Origin: Bugula neritina
Lineage: Eukaryota > Animalia > Bryozoa
NCBI GenBank assembly: GCA_964035545.1
Contig: OZ037765.1
Location: 10,550,698 to 10,614,697 of the forward strand
Direction of reading: 5' to 3'
DNA: 64,000 nt
A model generated the notes under the pieces. It had not been told where the DNA came from. It did not search any database and was given only the letters and a program-made list of their open reading frames with translations. Made by a program: the position numbers and the translations under genes. Of this stretch, positions 39,984 through 51,900 are shown piece after piece. Each line of letters starts with the position of its first letter. Position 1 is the stretch's first letter.

Positions 39984-42900
39984 CTACAAATCAACTTTAT
40001 CTTTTAAAGGCAGCTGGGAATTAGAAATCTTCTGCTGTGCTTTGATCTCTTCAACGGAATGCTTTAACTACAATGATAGACAAAAAGATATTTTAATTGT
40101 GGCCTCTGCATTTGAATCATGGCCACCTTACAAAAACATTGAATATTTCAATACTTTCTACACCAGTATCATGAAAATGTGTGAAACTTTTGATACACAC
40201 TACAAGTTAATGATTGGTATACAGGAATGGGAAAAACAAATGTTTATCATGCTGGAAGGAAACTATTGAAGATACCATCTTGTAACAATTTGAAATAGGC
40301 ATGTAATCATGAATTTATGCAAACTGTCAAAGTAATATTGACAAAATAACTTATGAAGAAATATTTAACAAACCTCTTGGATTAACTTTGAAGAAGATTC
40401 TAAAGTAGACTTCCAATGGGTTATATCTTTCTCATACAAATATTTCTGTTTATTCAATATTTCCAACAAGTCTTGGTGAGTGTACAGCCCACTAAACAGC
40501 AGCATGAAATAAACTTTAAATTATAATGATTCAATAGTTTCATAGCAAAAATTATATGGTAATATACATTCTAATTAACTTTACAGTGGCCATTTCACCA
40601 TTAATATTTTCATTAGATAAAAAACAGTTCAGCATTACGGACTTTAAAGCATATAATATTCAAATACTAACCTATTGCTACTGTCATACTGCAAGGCACT
40701 ATGTCTAGATTCAAGGCTCCACAGTTTACAAAACAAAAGCAGATTAAACATGACCAGGAATATCAGCAGAGCAGACATGACTCTCACTGTAGATGTAATG
40801 TATGTGGTTCTCCGTGTGGCGGACAACTACAAGTTGAGAAGATATTTAGTTTGTATTTGCACATGGAAGATATAAAGGCTTCAATAAAACTTTGGCTCAG
40901 AAGTGCAGTTTGCAAATTCAAAATACATTTGAAGATTCTAAAATTATGTTCAACTAACATTGTGAGAAACAGTTTGGAACTGCATAGAAAAGTGACTCTA
41001 TTTGTGAAGGAAAGACGAGACAAATCCAACAATTCTAATGCATATTACTATTATAAGCCAGTATAGAAATGCAAGTTCATAATAACTTGAATTGCACATG
41101 ACTATAATGAACAGATTTTGCTATATTGAGCAGCAAAACTAAATAAAGACCATAATTTAAAAACAAATATTTCTACATAGCCACGGCCACATTTTTGGCA
41201 GGTTACAAATCTTTTGTATGCTGATAATTCAATTTAATTAAAATGTTCGTAAAATAACACACTGCACAGTGCTACAGCAATGGAATTTATGTAACAAGTA
41301 ACCACTAACTTCAGTTGACTGTTTGACTGAGGGGGGTGGCTGATCGCCACCCGTAGCACCAGATGAAGGGTGGGTAGTGACCCGGCCGACCGGAGGGTTT
41401 CTGTGCTTTGTGTATCGCTTCTTCTTTCGAGGCTGATCAGCGTTGGCAGCAACTTTTTCAGACTCTTGAGTCAGCTTTTCTATTAATGGCTTAAAATATC
41501 CATTGACTCCATTTCGAACATTTTTCTCAATAATAGCTGAAAAATATCAATTTAGGATTAAAAGATATTTAATATAAAACTGAATTTTGAATAATATGTA
41601 TTATCTCATCTCCTTCATGTAATGAGATATATCTACTGTTATACCATTAGAGTGAGTGACCCAAGTAAAAAACTCAAAACCTCATAGAAACAAAGCTATA
41701 TTTGTCTTATTGATCATAGTTACGAATTAATTACAGACATCATAAAAAAAATGTGCCATTAAATCAATTTTGTTGGGTATACAACTCTGAAACTGTGCTT
41801 GAGTTGTATTCACCGTTATTTTTTGCAGATTATCATACTACATAAATGTAACTTTCCAATTCTGATTCAAACAATAGTTGGACTGTAATCAATTTTCTAA
41901 ACATGATTAAGCTGGTAACTAATAACAAACTGCTGCCTGTTATCAACTGGTCCTCACCTTTTATTAAAGAAAACACTGACTTCTTGTAACAGATTTTCGA
42001 CCTGACAGTAACTCTACTCGTTGATTTGGTGAGTCTAGAGATACAGTATCTGTTCCAGACATAAAAGTTCTCCCCATATGGTAGAGATGGGTCATTCAGA
42101 CTTTCACAGTCCACACAGTAGTATGAGCCTGGCTTGCTTTCTTTCCGTATGAACTGTAAATATTACATGCAAAATACATGAACTGTATAAAACTCAGCTT
42201 TTTAAACTCTTAGTAGACTAGAGCAAACCCTCTACCATACACTGCACACCAATCTGACAGCTAAGTTTTATTGAGAGGTTTGCTATGCAAACTCAAATTA
42301 GAGATCATAGAAGATGCAGTCATTTAAACTCCTATAATTATTCAGGTTCTATAGTGAAAGGTTATAAAAAGAGCAAACAGTTCCAAATGTTTGACTGGTA
42401 TAACTATCTGCTAGTAATAATGTAATGTAATTCCCAGAGACTAAACTATCCCTTAGATACAAGGAAAAAGTTGTCAACACATGAGGTTTAATGGTTATTT
42501 CGAATACCTGAGTTTCAAAGGATGGCGTAGTCTTAGGTCCAAATGAAGCATGCAATGCTATGGTAAATGCGTTAGTCCTAGTCTTGGAGCCACTTGCATC
42601 CACGGTGTCCGACCACTCCCCCAGTACTATATCTACACACACAGGCTATTATTAACACCAACCATTATAAAGTCTAGTGATGTTACTTTAAATAAACTTT
42701 CAAACAAGCACTTACAACAGCCTCAATCACAACATCTGAATTGCAATACCATGATAAGGCTTAGTAAATAAATTGTGCAATAGGAAAGATCGCTATGTAG
42801 AAGATAAATAAATCAGTAAATCACTGTCAATCATGATATCATGGATACATTGTAAATAGGCAATTGCAAAGCTGAGTTTTCAACAAACTTTTAACAGCAA

Positions 42901-45900
42901 ATACATCATGGGGCCTAAATTAATAAACAACTGTTTACATCTTTAAAAGTAGAAATAAAAGCTGCCGAGTAGAAAATTTGGCAGCATGACCACTGACCTG
43001 TAGTACCCTGAGAGTCAAGGAAACTCCTGAAGAATGAGTTATCTGTGAATAGAAGGTCAAAGATCTGTTCAACTGTGAAGTTTACAACCAGGTCCAGTGT
43101 GGTCCAGTCTGAGTGTTCATGTCCATCAGGGCAGTCTACCTCTCCTTCATCACCTACAGACATGCCCCAAACTGTGCACTACTACTACTAGACATTACAA
43201 CTATTGTCATAGTCAACACTGTAGTCACATGATGTACAGTTGGCTCATTCAGCACAATTGATAATGGAGTGGAGATAAGATTCAAAGTTTAACTTTCAGT
43301 ATTGTAATACAAAGTTGGTATGTAAAGCGTGCAGTCATTGGCTATGAGACAAGGTTTTACAATCCTAAACTCTGTTAGTAGCTAAGCAGAAGCTGCATGA
43401 CAAGCAAAGCAGTTGGAAGCTTAGTGCAATCTAACTTGAGCTTTAGTGAGCAGAACTACTGCCTGCTTTGATAGTGGGATTGTGAAGCTGGTGAAATTCA
43501 GAGCAGTGGTGAATTCGAACCGACTAAACGTATGCTCAGCAGGAGATTTTGTAAGCCATAATGAGTGGAGTGACATTAAGAGATGCTTCAAGTCAATAAA
43601 AACTAGGTCAGTTTCATGAATGAAATTATACTGACAAAAGTTATACAATACAAACTCAATCAATCACCGTGAGTAATCCCGACTGACAAGTGACAACTAA
43701 CTATCCACGGTTATTAGTATTATAATTATGTCCATGCATTGCATTACAAAAAACTATTAAAATAAAAAAGCAATTTGTCACATCACCAATACTTATACTA
43801 TCTCAATCTAAATTGACGGTAAGTTTGGGTTAATTTTACCTGAAAAGCTATTGGCTTCAACATTGTTGAGGAGCTCCGCCATAACTAATCAAGAGACAAA
43901 ACATGAGTCAACAACTTGGAGCGATTGAGTGAGCCCTATTTAGTAGCGACTATTTAGTGACAATAGCCACTAGCCAGCTGGCCTAAGCTTCAGTAATTGT
44001 TTACAGTTTTATTGTACATGTGCCCAATCATTTGTTTTATGGCATGCGAACTCGTGGTGAGATGAATGTAGACATAGCCAATGACAATGCAGTTGGAAGT
44101 AGTTAGTGTCCTATTAGAACGCTTGAATGAATTTTTAATCAACGCGGTCTTCACTCTTCAGTTATTCAATCAAAATTGTACTGATGAAAATAACAATTTG
44201 CTGCCTTCATTGAGCACCAAAAGCTCAAATCACGCGTGCATGGAGATCTCAAAGATTTAGTAGTCAGCCAAAGTACGAGGTGAAGATTTGAAATGCACAA
44301 AATGACTCAGAAATCATCATAAAACTACATAATTGCTTCAAGTCATAAAAAAGCAAAATTGAACCAAAACAAAATAATTCACAGTTATCCCAATCCCCAA
44401 ATTTATAACTAGCATATTGATGGTGCTAAAAGTGCAAAAATTACAGCAAACAGCCAGTGGCTCAAATCATCTTACAAAACTAATTATTAAAGATATGCTG
44501 AAGTGAGTCATGGGAGACTATGAGATAAGTAAGTCGGTTAAGATGGTGGAAAAATTTCTAACGAATAGATCGAGAGCGAGTCATTGTGATGACACATGAG
44601 CTGTAAGCTAGTAAAACACAGCACTTTTAATGATATATAATATTACATACTTATTGTTACATTCTGATTAAAGTTTAGCTTAGTTGGAAGGACAGAACAG
44701 CCATAAGGAAAAATAACTTTAAAAAATCCTAAATTGTCTTTGGAATTCCCCCCCCCCCCAGCATATAACTTCACCTACTATATGGACAGCCCTCAGTCTA
44801 AAGTTACATTAAAGACCTATCCACATTTGGATGGCTCCTTGAAAACATAAAACAGTTATGAAAAACACACTGAGTTTTAGCATCTATGTTTTTCATAGGA
44901 AAAAAATCCTATATAAATTGAACCAAAGAGCAATTTTGTTCAACTGGTAGATTAAATTTTGAGAGCCTGAATTGTGAGAACTTTTAACGTACAAGATTAT
45001 GTGGTATTTAGAAGCTTTGTAAGGTGCAGAACGGCAAAAAATGTCTTCATACTCGTATAAACTAACTTTTACCAGCCGACTAAAAATAATATGAGCTAAA
45101 TAACCACGAAGAAGTTGAGCATTTGTGTTTGAAAAGATAGTTCTTTGTATGTAATTGACAATAAAATTTATAGACTGGAACCAAAAGAAATGGGTTGATC
45201 AATATGATGGTTGAAGTCAAAATAATAGTCTTAAACTAAACACAACAATACTGCAACTGAAGCAAACTAAACAAGCACAACACTGACCACAACACATACA
45301 ACACTTACACTCATCTTCAGAGGTATCAGTACAGTCAGTGAAGAGGTCTTGTGGCGGAGTGTCCACCAGGTCAATAGATGCTGGGAGACTCTGAGAGACA
45401 GGCATGTCTAGATTCTGGTGAGTTACAGCTGAGCCGCTGTCCCCTATACTCTGTAAGTTGATGAACATACAATGTACAGACAGAAGATGCACAGCTTACA
45501 GTCAATCACACAGCCATCATACTGTGCGGTGGTATTTACAATTCCATCACATTAAACAGGCATACTATGTGCATTGGGTGCATGGTGTGATGGTGGTGAG
45601 AGCAAATGTAACTCCATGCTGAGCCCACTCAATACAATGAGCGACTGTCTACATTGTATTACACATAGTAATAGTAATTGTCTGCCCCAACTGCAGGTTA
45701 TAGTTGTGGTTCAGCTGTAAGTTGGGGCAGACAACTGCTGTTACTATGTGTAATAGAATGTAGAGAGTATTATTTATTATCACTTACATAACATTAATGA
45801 ATGATAGATAACTTAAATACCTGAGATATTAGGCTACATAATTGGCAAAAATGTAACCCCAACTAAAGCCTAAAACTTTCCAAACATTGATTTTTAAACA

Positions 45901-48900
45901 AAACTCTCAGGTTTCGAAATTGTGTGGTTAAAATTTTCAACTAATACACCAGGGAAACCCTAAGCTAAGATATTACACCTTGCTACTAATAGCCATTAGA
46001 GGGGAAACTCTAAAATAATACCACAGGGTACTTTGTTAAAAACTTTTTTCTTCTACAAGATTAAGCCAGTCAGTTACTTTTTAATGTCTGCACAAATCAT
46101 CTTGAAATAAAAAAGGGTAAAATTGAAACATTAATACAGAAACATGTATGGGAAAAAGGCTGGCAAATCATTGCCAAAACGTAGTGTACTTGAAAGTTGG
46201 TGAAACTGTGGCCGAAACTAAGTGCTATAGTAATGTGGCTGACTTACAGATACTTCAGGAGCTTGAGCGCTGTCGGATTCCTGTGCTGAGTCAGCAGGGA
46301 GATAGTCGTCGTCACTAGCAGTGAGACCTAACTGTGTGCCATAAAGGTCGTGAACCAGCTGCCACAACTCCTGGCCACTCAGAGGCTACAACATACAAAT
46401 TTCAAGTGGATATAAAACACTTTATTCACTTTTGCTTCTTCACCAAAAATCACGATCAACATTGTTCTGATAGAGAAACAAATTATCTGAGCTTAAAAGA
46501 TACAGATTTATCTTTTAATTTTCTTATTTGTTTTCATAAACTGACAGACTGCTATTGAGGGACCGAGAAATACATCATTTTAAAAGCTTTCAGTGAGAAG
46601 GAAAAAAGGGGCTAAATTGAATAATTTTAAAACTGAATAAATGCAGTATAGTGACACAAATAATGCTGAGTAAAACTAGAGAAATATTTGAAGCGTGATG
46701 TTTTACCTGTCTAAGAAGAGCATTTTGCCATACTCGGAACATCATGAGATAAGATTTATCTCTTGAAGTGAAGGTAGAAAAAAAGTATTTCTCGGTGTGC
46801 GTGCTTATCTGTATTGCGTTTGGAATAAATCTGGCTGTTTTTTCTTTAGTCATGGATTTAATCTGGTGACAAGGTATGACAACCTGAAACAAAGTGGAAG
46901 TATAACTAAAATACAAATCAGCTGTCCAGCTGTAGGGCCAGCGACAATAAATTAGGTGTATGACCAGATGAGGTGAGATTATACAATCTATTTTGTGATC
47001 TGTACAGTTATAGGAAAAAGTTTAAGGTCAAAAGTTTATTCAAAAGAGCTAAAGAACAAAAATAAACTAACACACTATACAGATTTTAAAACAGTGAAAT
47101 TTCAAAAAGTATAAATTTGCTGACTTGAATTTAATCTGTCAAAAATACCATTATTTTTTCTATAAAATGACTCTAGTATTCCAAAATTAAGTTGCATTGA
47201 AAAACATAACTAAACGCCTTGTTTTGACATGGATTGTTATTGTTGAACTTGAATTGCTCGAGATGAGAGCTACTGGTGCTCAAAAAACTTGAGATATGAA
47301 TGTTGCAATAGATTTACAAACACTAACATATTGACACAACTGTATACCTACCGCAAAGTTTAAACTGTAATCCAACGCCCAAAATCAAATGAAAGCATTT
47401 ACTTACATCCTAAAGTACTATGTATTACCCAAAGAGTTGAATATGTTATACAAATATAGTAGGGAGCACAGCAGCCGAATTCACCCATCAATAGCATGGG
47501 CCAGTCAAGACTAATCTATGTACAGCAGAGTGAGCTAACAACATTCTCCCTACCACCTTCTACCTAAGAGTATCTTGAGCTGATATATCTTATATCTTTC
47601 CAAAGTTCTCTGAAAACTTTATATCTGTAACACTCTGGGCTTTCATATACTTTTGTTTTGATGTTTCGTGTATCAGACTAATGGACAATGCTATGTATGA
47701 GGATGTGCAGAGGAATTTACATAATGTGTTATTCCTTCTCTCATCATAACAAAACAGATCAGCCTGCAAATATCTTGCCAAACATGAGTAACTTACTAGC
47801 TCTCATTTTCTTAAGTTACTGCAGCAGCACTAATACTTAAGAGGGCGAAGCGCCGGCAACTTGTTTATACATACACCCAAAGAACCTTTCAAAGGTTAGG
47901 CAGCATGTACCAGACTTTGGCAAGTCTTGACTCCAACCAGTGAGCTGCGTATTAAAAGTTACTCAGCAAAAATTCAACGAATGTAATTCAGTAAAAGTTG
48001 TTATTTAATACTGAGTATTAACCAGCTCATTGATTGGAGCAGTATATTCAACGATAGTTTGCTAAGAAAAATATTGCTTATAGCAAATAGCTTAAAATTC
48101 GAAATAGCCGGAAATGAATATGAGCATATGCAGGAATAAAAAAATACGTACTGTAGTCTCCCATTTGAAAAGTATATTGGCATAAAAGCAGATCCAGTTT
48201 TGACTGACGTAGATTCGGCCATGAACCAATAAATCCTTTTGCATTGCACAGGAGTAATCTACAAACAGGGGTAGTGTTAAAAAGTAGAACAGTAATGCCA
48301 AGAAGATAAACAATGTGGAAATTATCAGTAACGAAACTCTTTGCAACAAAACCCTTTAAAGGCGGTAAGCTTCCAGGTTATTTATTACATTTGAGCAAAA
48401 GTTTGCATGCTTTTCAACTGTTTTATCAGCATTTTACCCAATTTCTTATACGAAAACACTACAAAAATGTAAGTAAAAGTGGTCATATTAGGTGTCTTAG
48501 ACTTGCCCAGACTTGCCCGCGAGCGTGCCCTCCGTGACGTGGGGATGGCAAAATAGCCCAATTGTAGCGTGAGTTTATATCGCGTAAAGTTATTAAGAAG
48601 CGGGTTTGTCGCAGATTCTCGTTATTCGTAGCTCAAATCACATGAATGTTACTCTTCGGGCGGCTACTAATAACTAACGTTAGCTACGCAACATCAAGAA
48701 AGGTAACTAATTTAACTGTTTTCAAATGGACTATTTCATTTCGCTAGTTTGTAACTTGCTGTAAATCACAAAATAATTATTTTCCCTATTTTAATTTCAA
48801 TTATCATGTCGACCACACTACCAGAAAATTACTCTTAAATATGCAGTAAATGATGATTTTCAACCGTTTTGTGATGAATTATAGGTTAGTAGTTGTCTAC

Positions 48901-51900
48901 GTAAAACCAAGTTTTGAAATTTGTAACTGAAAGTGAATCACAGTATGAGTATCAGTATCAGTATGAGTGTCACTAGTCTAACTCTATTTCTATGACATTG
49001 ACTCTCACTCTAAGTCTATGACTATCGCCTATTGGTGAACTATTATTAATAATATTCAATGGTTATATTTATTAATACTATTATTAGTCATAATGATAAT
49101 CATATGACAGTATCAGTATGTTAATGTTACGGAGCAGGATCAGTTTCGAAACTAATACTTATACTTATAGTTATATTAGTTATAACTATAAGTATAACTA
49201 TAACTATAAGTTATACCGATAGCTATATTAATATAAATATTTATATTCATAGTAATACTAATAGCAAATGTAATATTATTATGTTAATAGTTATACTTGT
49301 AAGTTATAATATAAAGCAAACGACACAAGTATTAATTTCAATTTGAACTGCTGGTCTTGAAATAAAAAGTGAAATAAATATAAATAATAAAATATAAATT
49401 ATAATAATTTAATTATACTAATACTTATACAGAAATATAATTATAATAAATTTATAAAACTTAAACAACTTTTAATTTAAGGAACAACTTTAAATACAAA
49501 CATAAAGATAATATTAAATAATTATAATCATAATGATCATAACAATAAATATAATTATGATTCCAATAATTATCAATATATTATATAATATTTATTGCAA
49601 GTGAAAGTTAGTTATTCTCCGCCAGCTGCATGAATGTGACTGGTAAATTTTGTAACCTTTGGCAGTAATAACTTTGTAGCATAAATTAGACACATTTTTA
49701 TGAAAATACATAATGTTAATGCTATAGCTGCTAGTAATTCTAATGGGTGTAATAATATTACTTTCACCAGCATTAATTTTTACTTTGTTCATCTCTTCAT
49801 AAAGCATTTTCTAAATCCTTTTTTGAATAAATATACATATAATGTGCTGAATAGATTACATATGTTGGGGTTTTTCCTATACTGCAGCTCAGCCTACACT
49901 CCCCCCCCCCACAAATGTTCCTAAACTACTAGCTTCATCAGGATACAGATTGATGGAGCTGTATTGATAAAAACTTCTCTTTTTAGCAGTAGAGGCATCA
50001 TGAAAAAAAAGGCAAGTATTTTACTAAATATGAATGCGGTTTTTTACTTCTACAAATTTGATAGCCTACACTATTCTATTTAAATGGAAACTGGTCTGAC
50101 ATAATGTGTCTGCAATTTATTAGTTATAATATAGTAAATACTATGCGGGCCTATAGATCCAATGGCTCAAAAAAAAATTAAATAAAACATTACACAATGC
50201 TGTATTTATTAGCAATGTGATACTTAGCAACTAATTTCACATTATTATTTTTTGCAAAGTTTCATATATCTACATATGTTTGTTCAATTCAGTGTTCTGA
50301 AGTAGAAGGTTCCAACAGCAGGGAAAAGCCTTGAACAAGATATTATGTTTTACATCTCCAACTCATTTTAACTTTGCTGGTCAGTGCATTGTGTATCTGG
50401 AGCATAGTTTTGTATTTTTAAGTAGTCCATCAGATACCTTTGTAGATAGTAAAGATTAAAATGTTTGTGCAATGATGTCCATAATGTTGAACTGATTTAT
50501 TGAAACTAAAACTGTTCTTAATTATAACAAAACTTGACAATCTTTACATAAAGAATAATGTCCTATAATCTATCTTCATTGTAAACAAAATTAGAAAGTT
50601 CCACACCAGCAAATTGTTAACCATCATCTGTAGGTGGAAGACGCGTGCACTCAGTTATAAAGGCAAGCTGACGGTGGTTTTCTTTGCCTTCTATGAAGAT
50701 TTGGAAAGAGCCAGAAAATTAATACTCTATAACTGCAAAACCATGTTGTAGTGTCTTGTGTTATTGATTGAATCATCTAAAAGAAAAATTGTTGTATCAT
50801 TATAATTTTACTGTTAATGAATTAGCAAATCTACTTATCTTGGTAAATATATTCAAGAACAAATACTATAGTGTAACTCAGTTTTGGTTATGTGTATGCT
50901 CCTTAAGCGAATTTACAGCAGATATCAAACTATATATTAGAGACTGATATAGGAATTACATTTAAGCTAACCATGATGATGTAAATAGCTGTTGTATGTG
51001 ACTTCGAGAACTCTGCTGGCCATGTCAGTTCAATTACACCAGGGTGATCTGTTACGAATTTCATGTCATTATTGAAATTCAGCTTTTTCAAGTGCCTCTT
51101 CACAACTCTGGCAGCATTCTGACTGCTCCTTAGCTTTCTGCACCTGAAATTTCTTCTACTTGCACCATTCTTCTATTGGTGGAATGTTAGCCTATAACAA
51201 ACAGGTGTACCAAAGCTAAAAAAAATATCTAATTCAATGCACTAGGATATTATTCAACTCATTTAAATTTAATATATAGCAGTAAAACAATCACATAATT
51301 GTATTTATTTTATCAGCTTTACTTTACAAAGCTGAACCATATAATTTAGTAACTTGTCACCATAATAAACTTTGTACAACATACAAATTGAAAACCTGAT
51401 GTGATTGCTTTTTTAATAGAATATACATCAAAAACATGTTACTTTGATAAGCGTGTTTATAATAAAAGTATTAAACCAGTTTAAAAAAAATTATTTTGTT
51501 ATATAAGGGATCACAAAACTAAATCATTTTAGACCTGTAGCTCAATGTTCCTCAAGCAACGGGCTGCTATGACTAATTAATTTTCTATCATTGCATTTGA
51601 CTGTTCTACTCATAGTGTATTGGCGAGTTAAAATTATTGGTAATTTAATGTATATTTTAGCTACCTCTGTACAATCAATGTCATAGTAATATCAATTAGG
51701 TTTTAAATTTCACTGAGTTTATAGTAAATTATTGCAATCGGTACATAACATTTGGCTAGTTCTCTAGTTCATTAAATAACCATACGAACTTAAATTTACA
51801 ACATGAAAAAACACACAAAGCAAAATTAAAATAATCATATTATGAACCAATGTAATTGATAAGCGATAATGCTGTTGTAAAACATAAATTATCAAATTGA

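Noticed and set aside
39984-39998. GRAMD1 C-terminus KVDL as a KDEL-like ER retrieval signal
   Set aside because: It does not fit the [KRHQSA]-[DENQ]-E-L consensus, and the protein is already membrane-anchored.
43850-44800. Possible decayed DNA transposon in a GRAMD1 intron (ends ggacagccct)
   Set aside because: I could not find a matching opposite terminus or a transposase motif.
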